From assembly GCA_963737265.1 (NCBI GenBank), contig CAVTRY010000018.1, positions 224,001 to 288,000 on the forward strand: 64,000 nucleotides of DNA, in the 5' to 3' direction. Positions 1-10,352 of this stretch are shown in pieces. Every line of letters starts with the position of its first letter. Positions within the stretch are counted from its first letter, which is position 1. The DNA comes from an uncultured delta proteobacterium (GTDB taxonomy: Bacteria; Myxococcota_A; Polyangia; Fen-1088). Position numbers and translations under genes: made by a program. A model generated the notes under the pieces. That model made no database searches. It was given only the letters and a program-made list of their open reading frames with translations, and was not told the DNA's origin.

Positions 1-528
1 TTGCTGCGCCATCTCGCGATCATTCGGCCCAATCAGGTGTGGGCCTCGGATATCACGTACATCCCGACGAGACAGGGGCATTGCTACCTGGTCGCCGTGA
101 TGGATTGGTACACGCGCCGGGTTCTGTCCTGGCGCATTTCAAACACGATGGACAGCCGTTTTTGCATCGAGGTCGTGGAAGAAGCTCTTGCGAACTTCGG
201 CTTGCCGGAGATCTTCAACACCGACCAGGGGTCGCAGTTTACCGACGACAACTTCACATCGGTTTTGCTGGACAAGGGCGTAAAGGTCAGCATGGACGGT
301 CGCGGCCGATTCATGGACAACATCTTCGTCGAGCGTCTATGGCGGTCTGTCAAATGCGAGGAGGTCTACTTGAACGACTACCGAGACGTGGCCGACGCCC
401 GCAGTGGCATCGCGATCTACCTGGACAAGTACAACCACAGGCGGCCTCACCAAACCCTTGGATTTCAGACACCCGTAGCGTTTTACGAATTCGAACTAAA
501 GAAGTCGGCGATGAAAGAGGCCGCCTAA
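1..528 (+). CDS. IS3-family transposase OrfB, integrase core (5' end outside the window)
   Basis: W-x-x-D-I-T-Y (VWASDITY), NTDQGSQFT, DNIFVERLWRS and YNHRRPHQTLG: the DDE core motifs of IS3 transposases. Confidence 0.95.
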   Translation: MLRHLAIIRPNQVWASDITYIPTRQGHCYLVAVMDWYTRRVLSWRISNTMDSRFCIEVVEEALANFGLPEIFNTDQGSQFTDDNFTSVLLDKGVKVSMDGRGRFMDNIFVERLWRSVKCEEVYLNDYRDVADARSGIAIYLDKYNHRRPHQTLGFQTPVAFYEFELKKSAMKEAA

Positions 529-751
529 ATCGCCGCTGCATCATGCTGATGGCACGCTGCCCACAACTGCAACGCGTTCACCTGCTTCTGTGGGGCCGTG
601 CGCGCATTGCATCCGTGGACAGCAGCCATCAGCATGCCTCCGCTCTCAACAATTTCCTTGCCGGCGAGGCTCACCCGGATCTACAAACAAACCCACGCGG
701 ACTCTCTCTTAGCTCGGGCCATTTCTGGTCCTACCAAAGGGGTCCACTTCA
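1..751 (+). mobile_element. IS3-family insertion sequence, right part including the right terminal inverted repeat
   Basis: Ends ...CTGGTCCTACCAAAGGGGTCCACTTCA at 751 (IS3-type TG...CA end). Host coding sequence begins immediately at 752. Confidence 0.8.
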
Positions 752-900
752 GTCTTCCCATCTGCGGGATTCAAGGCCGACGCCACCAGGCGCACCCGAA
801 CTTCTCCTTCCCCCGGTTCAGGAAGCGGCACAGACATCTCCCGAAGATTCTCAATTGGGCCACAAGAAGCAGCCGCCATCACTCGCATCGTATTCGCCAT
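752..900 (-). pseudogene. N-terminal fragment of an MDR/quinone oxidoreductase-like gene interrupted by the IS3
   Basis: MANTMRVMAAASCGPIENLREMSVPLPEPGEGEVRVRLVASALNPADGKT runs directly into the IS end. PxPGxGEVRVRxxASALNPAD is typical of MDR N-termini. Confidence 0.8.
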
Positions 901-956
901 GGTCGAAGAGTCTTGCAAGCGAAAGGCGGCTTGTCGAAGGACTTGGCGAGCTCGCG

Positions 957-1944
957 CTATCCCACCTTGACGACCGCTGCCCCCTGCAGTGAGCCTGCTC
1001 GCAAATCGTCGAGCGCCCGATTGGTTCTCTCGAGCGGGTAGATCGTCGTTGCGGGTTGAATCGCCATCGCGCGTGCAATGGCCAGGAATTCCTCGCCGTC
1101 GGTGCGGGTCAGATTGGCCACGGAACGCAGGACGCGCTCGCCCCACAAGGCAGAGTAGGGAAAGCTCGGAATGTCGCTCATGTGGATTCCAGCGCAAACA
1201 ACCGTGCCGCCCTTGCGGACGGCTTTGAGTGCGAGAGGAACCAGATCCCCGACCGGTGCGAAGATCACGGCGCCGTCGAGCTCGAACGGGCGGCCGCTCC
1301 GCCGAAGCGCCGGCCCAAACGGCGCCGAGTTGCAGGGCAAAGCTCTGGCTTGCCCGATCCGGTGCGCGGGTGAAGGCGTACACCTTGCGTTCTTGATGGT
1401 GGGCGACCTGGGCCATGAGGTGCGCCGCCGACCCAAAACCGTAGAACCCGATGCGTTGCGCGTCCCCGACCATGCGCAGTGCTCGGTAACCGATGAGCCC
1501 CGCGCATAGCAGCGGGGCCACGGCGGTATCGCTGAGGTCCTGCGCGAGGTGAAAGCAGAAGCGCGCGTCGGCCACGCAGAATTCCGCAAGGCCTCCGTCA
1601 ATCTGATAGCCGGTGTAGCTGGCATGGTCACACAGGTTCTCTTGCCCGTCCTGACAATACCGGCACTCGCCGCAGGCTCCGCCCAGCCACGGCACGCCGA
1701 TGCGCTCGCCCGCGGTGAAACCAGTGACGTTCGACCCGAGACAATCGACAGTTCCCACTATCTGGTGTCCGGGCACGAGGGGAAGCTTGGGCTCCTTCAA
1801 ATCTCCGTCCACCACGTGCAAATCGGTGCGGCAGAGGCCGCAGGCTTTCACGCGCAACCGTACTTGCGTTGGGCTCAGGTCGGGGACGGGGATTTCCGCC
1901 AACCTGAGCGGTTCGCCCTGCCTATCAAGGATCATCGCGCGCAT
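957..1944 (-). CDS. Zinc-dependent alcohol dehydrogenase family protein (apparent +1 frameshift near 1287)
   Basis: CGLCRTDLH, PGHQIVG, CGECRYC..ENLC and GFGSAAH; C-terminus continues in the 957..1631 frame (ELDGAVIFAPVG...GAAVV). Confidence 0.9.
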
Positions 1945-2095
1945 GAGCTCGACCTTTGGCGGTGTCGTTGGTGCGGGCATAGCACAAGCCGGCTGCATTC
2001 GCATCGGCGGCACACGGCGTACTCACGCCCTCGCGCTCCAACGCGTTAGCTAGCAATGTCTTCGCAATGCGACGGAATTGCGACAGAATAGGGTC

Positions 2096-2449
2096 ATGCG
2101 CAGATTCTTTATCCACTGGCTTGTCACCGCGGCCGCGCTGGCTGTGACCGCACGAATCGTGTCGGGAATTCACGTCGCCTCACTGGCTACGCTTCTCTTC
2201 TCCGCGTTGGTCCTCGGCTTGGTCAATGCCGTCGTGCGACCCGTGTTGGTCATACTTACTCTCCCCATCACCCTCCTCACCTTGGGATTGTTCTATCTCG
2301 TGGTGAACGGCGTCGCCTTTGCTTTCGCCGCGGCGCTGGTGCCTGGCTTCACCGTCGCTTCCTTCGGTGCCGCGGTCGCCGGAGCGCTCGGGGTCGGGTT
2401 GGTGTCTTGGATCCTAGGTTGGCTGGTGAACCCGAACCCGCGCAACTGA
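2096..2449 (+). CDS. YvlD/DUF360 ('phage holin family') four-TM membrane protein
   Basis: ALVLGLVNAVVRPVLVILTLPITLLTLGLFYLVVNG signature. Confidence 0.9.
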   Translation: MRRFFIHWLVTAAALAVTARIVSGIHVASLATLLFSALVLGLVNAVVRPVLVILTLPITLLTLGLFYLVVNGVAFAFAAALVPGFTVASFGAAVAGALGVGLVSWILGWLVNPNPRN

Positions 2450-2492
2450 GCTCGCATACCTGGCCGATCGATAGCGCGCTGGAAGGACTGTC

Positions 2493-3506
2493 CTACTTCA
2501 CCCACTTCAGCTTGGGCGAAATGGTCACCTGCTCCTTGTTCAGCTTTTCGAGCGCGTCCTTGTAGGTCTTGCTCTTGAACTTCTCTTGCTCTTTTTCGGC
2601 CGCCTCGCTGGTCTTCTTGCCCATGCCGATGGTTTGGAAGGTGATGGCGGCGTGGGACGCGATGGTTTCCTGCAGGCGGGACAGGATGTTGTCGAACTGC
2701 TGGCGCGTGACGACGATCTTCACGACCTGCTCGTCCTTGTAGATGCCGACGAAGGTCATGGCCTTGAGCCCCTCGGTCTGGCTGAACATGCTGGTCATGA
2801 ACTCGGCCCAGGCACCCATCACCATGTTGATCTTCAGATTGGCGACGAACTCGTCCTTGCCCATCTCCAGGAACGGGTACGAGATCTCGACCGACTGATT
2901 GCCAGCGTCTAGCTTGTAAACGGTCTTGTGGGCGAATTTTTCATCGTAGCGCGCTTGCTTCTTCTTTTCACCGATGTGGCAGGTGTCGTTGAGATCTTCT
3001 TGCAGCTCTTGCTCGCCGCGCGTGCTGTGGATGAAGGCGCGCTCGACTTGCTCGGGGAAGTCGTACTTGACGAGGTTTTCGCACTTCGGGGCGCGGTCGC
3101 TCTGCTCGCGGACGACCTTGCCGATGACCTTGGTCTCGCCGCCCTCCTTGGCGTCGTATTCCGAGGCGTAGAACCAGCCTTCGAAGTGGATGGGCTCGAA
3201 GGCCGTGCGCTTCATGGCGTAGGCGTACAGAATCTTCATCGGCGCATACATCTGGTCGCGCTTGGTCGCCTGGAGCATGGCCAGCCTCATCATCACCTTC
3301 TGCCCGTCGGACGGGCCGGTGATGTCGTCAGCGACGACCTTGAATTTGGCCACGCCCGGCGGAATGTCAGGCTGCGTGCAGCAAGTCTTGGGGCCTTCGT
3401 CCTTCTTCTCGCAGGCCGGTGCCGCTAGCAGCGTCGCAAGAGTCGTCGCAAAAGTCATCAAGGTGATACCTGTTTTCGCAGGCATCGCGGTCGTCCCTGT
3501 CTTCAT
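2493..3506 (-). CDS. Hypothetical lipoprotein
   Basis: Hydrophobic N-terminus with lipobox-like LAAPAC; strong codon bias; no family recognised. Confidence 0.7.
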   Translation of the reverse strand: MKTGTTAMPAKTGITLMTFATTLATLLAAPACEKKDEGPKTCCTQPDIPPGVAKFKVVADDITGPSDGQKVMMRLAMLQATKRDQMYAPMKILYAYAMKRTAFEPIHFEGWFYASEYDAKEGGETKVIGKVVREQSDRAPKCENLVKYDFPEQVERAFIHSTRGEQELQEDLNDTCHIGEKKKQARYDEKFAHKTVYKLDAGNQSVEISYPFLEMGKDEFVANLKINMVMGAWAEFMTSMFSQTEGLKAMTFVGIYKDEQVVKIVVTRQQFDNILSRLQETIASHAAITFQTIGMGKKTSEAAEKEQEKFKSKTYKDALEKLNKEQVTISPKLKWVK

Positions 3507-3608
3507 GGTGGGGCCCTCCGGTTCGGGAAAAATGAAGCAGCGGGCAGCATACACACAGCGAGGCCGCGCGGAAACGGTGAAAGCTTGGCTGGATACGTTG
3601 CATGTTCG

Positions 3609-4790
3609 CTATTCCTTCTCCACCGCGCGCCGGTGCAGGGCCATGTGGCCGCGTTGGATGCCTTCGCCGGCCAAGGCTTTGAGCGCGGCGAGGTTTTGCG
3701 CGAGGCCGACGCTGCCGATGATTTCGGCGAGCTCGCGTGAGCTGGTGGCGCCGACGATGCGCAGGACGAGGCGGGCGAGGGGATGGACTTGCAAGGTGCC
3801 ACCGACGGTGCCGAGAGCGAGGGGCATTTCCAGGCGGCCTGCAAGGGCGTCGCCATCTACTCGCCAGGTGGCGAGCGGGCGATAGCGGCCGTCGCTGGCG
3901 GCGTAGGCGTGGGCGCCGGCTTCGATGCCGCGCCAGTCGTTGCCGGTGGCGATGACCACCGGATCCACGCCATTCATGATGCCCTTGTTGTGAGTGGCCG
4001 CGCGGTAGACGTCGTCCTCGGCGAAACGCGAGGCGGCTTCGATGTCGCGCGCCAGGGTTTCGCCTGCGTCGCCCGCAGCTTCGGCTTTGTCGGCGAGCGC
4101 GGCGAAGGGCACGCGGCAGGACACGCGCACCATGCGCCGGTCGGAAAGATTGGTGAGGATGCACAGGCCGACGCGGGCCGAGGCGATATCGGCGAGGCGC
4201 GCGGCCACGGCCTCGGCCACCGTGTTGACCATGTTGGCGCCCATGGCATCGCGACAGTCGATGTGCAAGTGAACGACCAAGCGCCGGTCGGGCAGGGTGC
4301 GCACGTCCAGGTCGCGACAGCCGCCGCCACGTTCGCGCAGACGGGGCAGGGCAGCGTCGGCCATGGCCATGATGTCGGCTCGGCAGGCTTTGATGAGCCC
4401 GGTCGCTCGGGCGCTGTCGGCCACCTCGCGCAGCTCCACCTGCGCGGTCATGATCGCTTCGTCCGCCACGGCGAGAAAACCGCCGCCCTGGCGCACCATG
4501 CGCGCGGCATTGGAGGCCGCCGCGATCACCGACGGCTCTTCGACGGCCATCGGAACCAGACGATCCACGCCGTTGACGACGAAGTTGAGTCCGAGGCCGA
4601 GCGGCAAGGCATAGATGCCGATGGCGTTCTCGACCATGCGGTCGGCGCCGGCGGCGGCGATTCCGCCGGATTCAAGCAGCGCGAGATCGTCGGGCGAAAG
4701 GCCCGCTTGCACGGCGAGCTCGGCTTGGCGTTCGGCGAGAGGCAGGCGGTAGAAACCGGGCAGGCGCGAATTCGGCGGCGAATCAGGCAT
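3609..4790 (-). CDS. mvaA: Class II hydroxymethylglutaryl-CoA reductase
   Basis: ENAIG, PMAVEEPSVIAAAS, DAMGANMVN, ATHNKGIMNG and GIQRGHM motifs. Confidence 0.95.
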   Translation of the reverse strand: MPDSPPNSRLPGFYRLPLAERQAELAVQAGLSPDDLALLESGGIAAAGADRMVENAIGIYALPLGLGLNFVVNGVDRLVPMAVEEPSVIAAASNAARMVRQGGGFLAVADEAIMTAQVELREVADSARATGLIKACRADIMAMADAALPRLRERGGGCRDLDVRTLPDRRLVVHLHIDCRDAMGANMVNTVAEAVAARLADIASARVGLCILTNLSDRRMVRVSCRVPFAALADKAEAAGDAGETLARDIEAASRFAEDDVYRAATHNKGIMNGVDPVVIATGNDWRGIEAGAHAYAASDGRYRPLATWRVDGDALAGRLEMPLALGTVGGTLQVHPLARLVLRIVGATSSRELAEIIGSVGLAQNLAALKALAGEGIQRGHMALHRRAVEKE

Positions 4791-5796
4791 GGAAGAGTCC
4801 GGCATTTTCGAGGTTTTCCTCGTCGGGCAAACGGCGGCGCACGCCCAAGCGGTCGAGGTCGACGTCGAGCGGGACCAGTGGCTTGGGTAGAGCGCGGGCG
4901 AACAGGCGCGCCGATTCGGGGGTGGCGAACATGGCGACGCCGATATCGCCGCCGCCTGCGCCCGAGGGCTTGGCGATACCGCCGAGCTCCCTGGCGAGAT
5001 CCGAGGCGCGCGTGAAGGCGCTGGTAACGATGGGAACCCGTGCGGCGGTACCGAGCACGGCCAATTGCTGGCCGTAGCGCCCGGCGGCGGTGACCGCGCC
5101 AGTGGCGCTGCCTGCGCGCAGCTCGGCGACGAAACGGTCGGCGATGTCGCGCAAAGTGGCGATGACCCGCCGATAGGAGGCGGCATCCTTGCGCGCGAAC
5201 GTCTCGACGCCTTCGATCATGGACTTGGTGGCGACGGGTTGGCCGGTCCAGAACACGACCAGGTGTAGTCCCGCCGGCGGCTCCAGCGAATCGACGACCG
5301 GCGCCGAGTCCTTGCGCCGTTCGACCTTGATGAGCCCGCCGTAGGTCGCGGCGGCGATGTCGGCGCCCGAGCCCGCGCCGCCCTGGGCTGCCCGATGCGC
5401 GGCGTCCGCGATGGCGAGAATTTGCGACCGGCGCGATGCAATGGGCACGCCCGCCGATTCGAACAGCGCGCCCACCGAAGCCACTGCGGTGGCGGCGCTG
5501 GAGCCGAGGCCAAGCTTCTGATTGCCTTGGTGGAAGTCGTCGGTGTTCACCAGCACCGAACCGGGCGGCAGAGCGGCCGAGGCGTCGCCGAGCTCGGCGC
5601 GGGCGCGTTTGACTGCCTCCGCCACCACCTGTGACATGGCATCCATGCCGGGAATGTACTGGGCAACTGCGTGGCGCGTGACGGCCGCCAGAACGGCGAC
5701 GCCTTCTTCGAGCACGGCGTACTCGCCGACCAAGAAGATTTTTCCGGGCGCGATGACGACCGGGGTTCCGACCAGGGTGCTGCGTTCGCCGCTCAT
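4783..5796 (-). CDS. Phosphomevalonate kinase (GHMP family)
   Basis: APGKIFLVGEYAVL, KLGLGSSAA, GSGADIAA and KPSGAGGGD; lies within the mevalonate operon. Confidence 0.85.
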   Translation of the reverse strand: MSGERSTLVGTPVVIAPGKIFLVGEYAVLEEGVAVLAAVTRHAVAQYIPGMDAMSQVVAEAVKRARAELGDASAALPPGSVLVNTDDFHQGNQKLGLGSSAATAVASVGALFESAGVPIASRRSQILAIADAAHRAAQGGAGSGADIAAATYGGLIKVERRKDSAPVVDSLEPPAGLHLVVFWTGQPVATKSMIEGVETFARKDAASYRRVIATLRDIADRFVAELRAGSATGAVTAAGRYGQQLAVLGTAARVPIVTSAFTRASDLARELGGIAKPSGAGGGDIGVAMFATPESARLFARALPKPLVPLDVDLDRLGVRRRLPDEENLENAGLFHA

Positions 5797-6827
5797 GTGG
5801 GATTTCGCCGGGGTTCTTCGTTAACGATGTGCGCGCCTGGGCCAGGAGCAAGCGATAAAACTCTCATGACGCCGGGGGTGGTGTCTAGCGCCTGTGCTAC
5901 GAGATGAGCATCGGCAGAAGCACACAAGACTTTGACGTGGGGACCGGCGTCGATGGTGAAATAGGCCGCCGTTCCCGAGGCGCGCAGTTGTTTGACCGTG
6001 GCGATGGCGGCGAGCGTGGCCGGGTTCCAATAAAGGACATATGGATCGGCTGCCATCGCGCAGGCGTGCATGCGCAGGGCGCTGCGCTCGGCCACCGCGC
6101 CGAGACCGGCGAGATCGCGCGCCACAACCGCCGCGCGCGCCTGGGCGAGATCGGTCGGCACCGAGGCTAGCCAGCCCTGGTAATAGGGCGATGTTTGCGC
6201 CGTACGTTCCATGGCGGCGGTGGAGCCGATGGCCTTTGCACCCTCGGCGGTGATGGCCACGCACAGGCGAATGTTCCAGGCGCTTTCGCCGAGCAAGTCT
6301 CGGGCAACGGCGTCGCTGCCGTCGGCGCGCGTACCGGCCGACATTTCGGCGAAACCGCCGAAAATCGATCGCGCCGCCGAGCCGGAACCGCGGCGGGCAA
6401 GCTCGGATAGCTCGGCTGGCGATAGCTGCAAGCCGGCCGCCCGGGAAGCGGCGAGCGCCAGCGCCGCGAAGCCAGCCGCCGACGACGCCAGACCAGCTGC
6501 GGTGGGCACGGTATTCGACGTGACGACCTCGGCGGGCAGAGCGAGCTCAGCGCGGGCCCGCACCAAATCGAGAAAGACGCGCACGCGTTCGGCGAATTTG
6601 CGATCGGCTGCGCGGTCACCGAAGACGACGCGATCGCTTCCGTCGCTTTCGCCCGCGTCGCCGGCGAAGCGCACAGTGGTTTCGCTGCCGAGATCGGCGA
6701 GGGTGAGCGACAAGCTGCCGGTGGCGGGCAGGTTGAGCGCCTTGTCGCGCTTGCCCCAGTATTTGACGAGGGCGATGTTGGTACCCGCGCGGGCGGTAAC
6801 GAATTTGGGCAACGAGGAATCAGTCAT
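5793..6827 (-). CDS. mvaD: Diphosphomevalonate decarboxylase
   Basis: NIALVKYWGK, PTAAGLASSA, RRGSGSAARS and FTIDAGPHVK. Confidence 0.95.
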   Translation of the reverse strand: MTDSSLPKFVTARAGTNIALVKYWGKRDKALNLPATGSLSLTLADLGSETTVRFAGDAGESDGSDRVVFGDRAADRKFAERVRVFLDLVRARAELALPAEVVTSNTVPTAAGLASSAAGFAALALAASRAAGLQLSPAELSELARRGSGSAARSIFGGFAEMSAGTRADGSDAVARDLLGESAWNIRLCVAITAEGAKAIGSTAAMERTAQTSPYYQGWLASVPTDLAQARAAVVARDLAGLGAVAERSALRMHACAMAADPYVLYWNPATLAAIATVKQLRASGTAAYFTIDAGPHVKVLCASADAHLVAQALDTTPGVMRVLSLAPGPGAHIVNEEPRRNPT

Positions 6828-7734
6828 GGCCGATGGTGGTGACAAAGCCGTAGTAACCCTTGGCGCGCCAGCGGCGCAAGACCTCGTCGCTGTTTTCGGC
6901 GGCAAGAGCGATCACGGCGCCGCCGCCGCCCGCGCCGGTCAGCTTGGCCCCGGCGGAGCCGGCCGCGCGCGCGGTGTGGATCATGTCGTCGATTTCGGGC
7001 GACGAGACGCCCACGCCGGCAAGCAGACCGTGGGCGAGGTTGAGAAGGCGGGCCAGGGCGGCGAGGTCTCCGCCCGCTAGCGCTTCTATGCCGGCGCGCG
7101 AGACGTCGCCCAGGGTGTCGATTGCTTTCCGCGCGACGGGGGTCGTGTCGCAGAGCTCCTTCACGGCGGCCACCAAGGCGCCAGTGTCGTGACTCTTGCC
7201 GGTGATCCCGATGCACAGATCGAAGGATTTCTTGAGCGGCAGATCGCGCCAGCCGCTTTGCTTGTCGAAACTGCCCAGGCAACCGCGGCTGGCGGCGGCA
7301 GCGTCGATGCCGGAAGGCGTGCGGTGAAATACCGATTCCGACGCTGCTGCGGCGGCGAGCACGTCGGTCTCGCTTGCCCCGGTGCGGGCGGCCACGGCGC
7401 GCGCCACGGCCACGGCCATGGCGGCCGAGCTTCCCAGCCCGGCGCGCGCGGGCACGTCGGACTCCAGCCAGAAGTCCAGGCTGTTGGCGCCGACGTTCAG
7501 CTTTTCCAGCAGTCGGGCAATCGCCTGGCCGGGAAGCGAATCGTCGCCGATTTGCACGTCGAGGCTCCAGGCCGGCGCAGCAAGACTGCCGTGGCCAGGG
7601 CTGGCGTAGGCGCGCACGCCGCTGGGAATGCCGGCGGCCACCGCGGGCTGGCCGTGCACGACGGCGTGCTCGCCGAACAGGATGACCTTGCCGTGACCAA
7701 AGCCGGTGGTGCTGTCGGACGAACCAGCCATCAC
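6820..7734 (-). CDS. mvk: Mevalonate kinase
   Basis: [30 protein letters not shown] and [10 protein letters not shown]. Confidence 0.95.
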   Translation of the reverse strand: MMAGSSDSTTGFGHGKVILFGEHAVVHGQPAVAAGIPSGVRAYASPGHGSLAAPAWSLDVQIGDDSLPGQAIARLLEKLNVGANSLDFWLESDVPARAGLGSSAAMAVAVARAVAARTGASETDVLAAAAASESVFHRTPSGIDAAAASRGCLGSFDKQSGWRDLPLKKSFDLCIGITGKSHDTGALVAAVKELCDTTPVARKAIDTLGDVSRAGIEALAGGDLAALARLLNLAHGLLAGVGVSSPEIDDMIHTARAAGSAGAKLTGAGGGGAVIALAAENSDEVLRRWRAKGYYGFVTTIGHD

Positions 7735-8795
7735 GGTCTCTGCGCCAGCCAGTCACGCAGCTCACCGGTGATTACCCGCGGCGCCCGGGCCAAATCCGCG
7801 GCACGGGCGACGCCCGCAAGCATGCAGGCGGTGCGAAGCCCATCCATGACCGCGGCGAGAAAGTCGATCGCGCCTTTTGCACCGTCTTTGCTGGCGGCGG
7901 CCAACACGGGCTGGGCCAGTCCCACGACGCGAGCGCCGAGGGCCATGGCGCGCGCGACGTCGAGGCCGGTGCGGATGCCGCCCGATGCGATGACTTGGGC
8001 GCGCAGATCGAGATCGCCCAGCCAACCCACGCAGGCCGCGGTGGGAATGCCCCACTCATGGAAGAGCTGCCCGCGCGCGGCTTGCGGGCCCGTGGCGCGC
8101 AGGGCTTCGATGGCGATCCACGACGTCCCGCCCGCGCCGGAAACGTCGATGGCGGCAACACCGAGGTTGTCGAGTGCCCGCGCGGCCGTGGGTGCGATGC
8201 CACAGCCGGTTTCCTTAACCAGGACGGGCCGGCCGAGCTCGTCGACGACGCGCTGGATGGTGGCGAGGCCCTGGCGAAAGTCGTTGTCACCACCGGGCTG
8301 GGCCAGCTCTTGGCCGACGTTGAGATGAATGGCCAGCGCGTCCGCGCCCACTCGATCCATCGCGGCGACAACGGCATCGGTCTTCATCCCGGCAAGCTGG
8401 ACAACGCCGAAGTTGGAAAGCAGGAGGACATCCGGGGCCACGTCGCGCACTTGGTAGGTCGAAGCCAGCTCGGGCTTGATCAGCATGGGGCGCTGGCTGC
8501 CGAGGCCAAAGGCGATGCCGAGAGCTTGCGCCGCGCTGGCCAGGTCGCGGTTGAGCGTGCGCCCCTCGGGTGTGCCGCCGGTCATGCCCGTGATGAGCAG
8601 GGGCGCCGCGAGCTTGTGGCCGAGCAGCGTGGTGCCAAGATCGATGTCGTCAAAGGCGAGCCCAGGCAGCGCGGAGTGCACCAGCTGCACGTTTTCGAGC
8701 AAGGTCGAGCGCGCGAACGCGCCCGCGCCCGAACGCGCGAGGTGAATGTGATCGGCCTTGCGCTTGGCGATATCGGTGGAGGGGGTGCGTGGCAT
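7731..8795 (-). CDS. fni: Type 2 (FMN-dependent) isopentenyl-diphosphate delta-isomerase
   Basis: RKADHI, ITGMTGG, LGSQR, HLNVGQE, VKETGCG, GAGGTSW and ASGGIR. Confidence 0.95.
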   Translation of the reverse strand: MPRTPSTDIAKRKADHIHLARSGAGAFARSTLLENVQLVHSALPGLAFDDIDLGTTLLGHKLAAPLLITGMTGGTPEGRTLNRDLASAAQALGIAFGLGSQRPMLIKPELASTYQVRDVAPDVLLLSNFGVVQLAGMKTDAVVAAMDRVGADALAIHLNVGQELAQPGGDNDFRQGLATIQRVVDELGRPVLVKETGCGIAPTAARALDNLGVAAIDVSGAGGTSWIAIEALRATGPQAARGQLFHEWGIPTAACVGWLGDLDLRAQVIASGGIRTGLDVARAMALGARVVGLAQPVLAAASKDGAKGAIDFLAAVMDGLRTACMLAGVARAADLARAPRVITGELRDWLAQRP

Positions 8796-8873
8796 GCGAG
8801 AGGTGGAACATTTGAGCACGCACCCGCCTGTCCGTCGAGGGCTACGGTCCGTGCCGACGCGAATCGAGGCGAG

Positions 8874-10352
8874 TCAGTACAGGGTGATCGCCGACAGGCA
8901 GATCCCAAACGCGACCGGAGTTTCCTGGGACGTGACTTGCAAGGCGAATTGATCGACGGCGGCAAAGTCGGTCAGGGAGGAACCGCCTTTCGACCGACAA
9001 CTGGACGAAAAGTCCGACGGCTTCACTGTCCGTCCCGACCGGTAGTCTTGCACGCAGTACCAGCGCTCGTCGGGATCGCCGTGGCGATGGGCGACTAGCT
9101 GGTAGATTCCCGACTTGCCGCGGAATTCGATGGCGATCTTCGAGGCGGCGTGGCTACCCCACGCCTTGCGGTCGGGGCGCGGGAACCACTCCATGTGGAC
9201 GCCCCAGTTGGTGTCCCAATCGCACTTGCGCGGCTGGTCTTCGGTGTCCACGCACGTGATCTCGGCAATTCGGCCGTGCGTGCATAGCAACCCGCCATCG
9301 CTAACCCAATGGCCAGGCGCTTTGCTGGCGGCGGCCGAAAACCTCGTTCCCGAACCGCCGACAGCGCGGACGAAGCCTGGGTTATCTCCGGTTGGATTGC
9401 CATTGTCGCCGATGGTGGTTTGGCCCGAACCAGTGGTGGCGTCGTCGTCCGCCGCGGCGGAGGCGCGCCAATCCCGGAATACCGCCTCGGGCAGGATCGA
9501 CGCAGTGTCGGCCTGCGGCCCCGGCGTCACCCCGAGTGGCATGGTTCGACTTGCGACTCTTCCGGTTGACGAGCTTCGCTTGCGCTGCGGGCGGTGGCCG
9601 GTGGAGCTTTCCGTCGCGGCCCTGTCGCCCGCTACAGCCGACGCGATCTGTGCCGGGGCGGTCCGTTCGGGCAGGATGGGTGTTGCTTCGAGGCTGTCCA
9701 GGACTAAGCAGGCGGTGGTGCCGTTGGCTTCCAGCCGCTGTCCAGAACGAACAGGCATGCGATCGCTTTGCGAGCAGCCGCCCACGTCCACTTCGCCCTG
9801 GAGCACGCTCAGCTTGAAATGGTTGCCGTTGGGCGCCCAATCCACCGCGAAGCGCGTGCCGGTCACGTGAACGGCGAAGGGGCCGGCGTTCACCTCCCAC
9901 CGGCCGATCCAGCGATGAACAACGGCAAGCTCGGCGTGGCCGCTAGCAATCAGCAGTTCGGCACCACGCCGGAAGCCTAGCGCGCGCAGATTGCCGCGCG
10001 TGGCTTGCGCCAGAGTGATGCTCGTGCCGTCGGCGAACGCCACGGTTCCCGCACCAGTATCCGGAACCGACAGGTTGCCGTTCACAGCCAGAAAGCAGTC
10101 ACGCTCCTGGTGGCCGAGGGTGAGACGCGCGCCGATGCCGAAAGCCAGTCCCAACGCTGCCAGTGCGGGTATGACTAGGACCCATCGCTGTCGTCGGCGA
10201 AAGCCTCGTGCGCCCACGAGCGCGCTCTCAATTTCGGCCCATTGCCTGAGGTCAGGCCGCCGCTCCCGCCCTTCCGCGGCACGCGCCGCCAAGTCACCCA
10301 GAAAGTGACAGCAAGCCTCGCTTGAGCCTGCCAGTTCTCGTTCGCTTGTCAA
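8874..10352 (-). CDS. FecR-domain anti-sigma factor with a C-terminal Cys-rich extracytoplasmic domain
   Basis: Single TM segment, FecR motif (AGPFAVHVTGTRFAVDW...LSVLQGEVDV), a linker, then a ~170-aa Cys/Trp-rich domain. Its start overlaps the stop codon of the ECF sigma gene. Confidence 0.85.
   Translation of the reverse strand: MTSERELAGSSEACCHFLGDLAARAAEGRERRPDLRQWAEIESALVGARGFRRRQRWVLVIPALAALGLAFGIGARLTLGHQERDCFLAVNGNLSVPDTGAGTVAFADGTSITLAQATRGNLRALGFRRGAELLIASGHAELAVVHRWIGRWEVNAGPFAVHVTGTRFAVDWAPNGNHFKLSVLQGEVDVGGCSQSDRMPVRSGQRLEANGTTACLVLDSLEATPILPERTAPAQIASAVAGDRAATESSTGHRPQRKRSSSTGRVASRTMPLGVTPGPQADTASILPEAVFRDWRASAAADDDATTGSGQTTIGDNGNPTGDNPGFVRAVGGSGTRFSAAASKAPGHWVSDGGLLCTHGRIAEITCVDTEDQPRKCDWDTNWGVHMEWFPRPDRKAWGSHAASKIAIEFRGKSGIYQLVAHRHGDPDERWYCVQDYRSGRTVKPSDFSSSCRSKGGSSLTDFAAVDQFALQVTSQETPVAFGICLSAITLY

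Noticed and set aside
2096-2449. Prophage suggested by a 'phage holin family' protein
   Set aside because: The YvlD/DUF360 family is commonly chromosomal and no phage genes are nearby.
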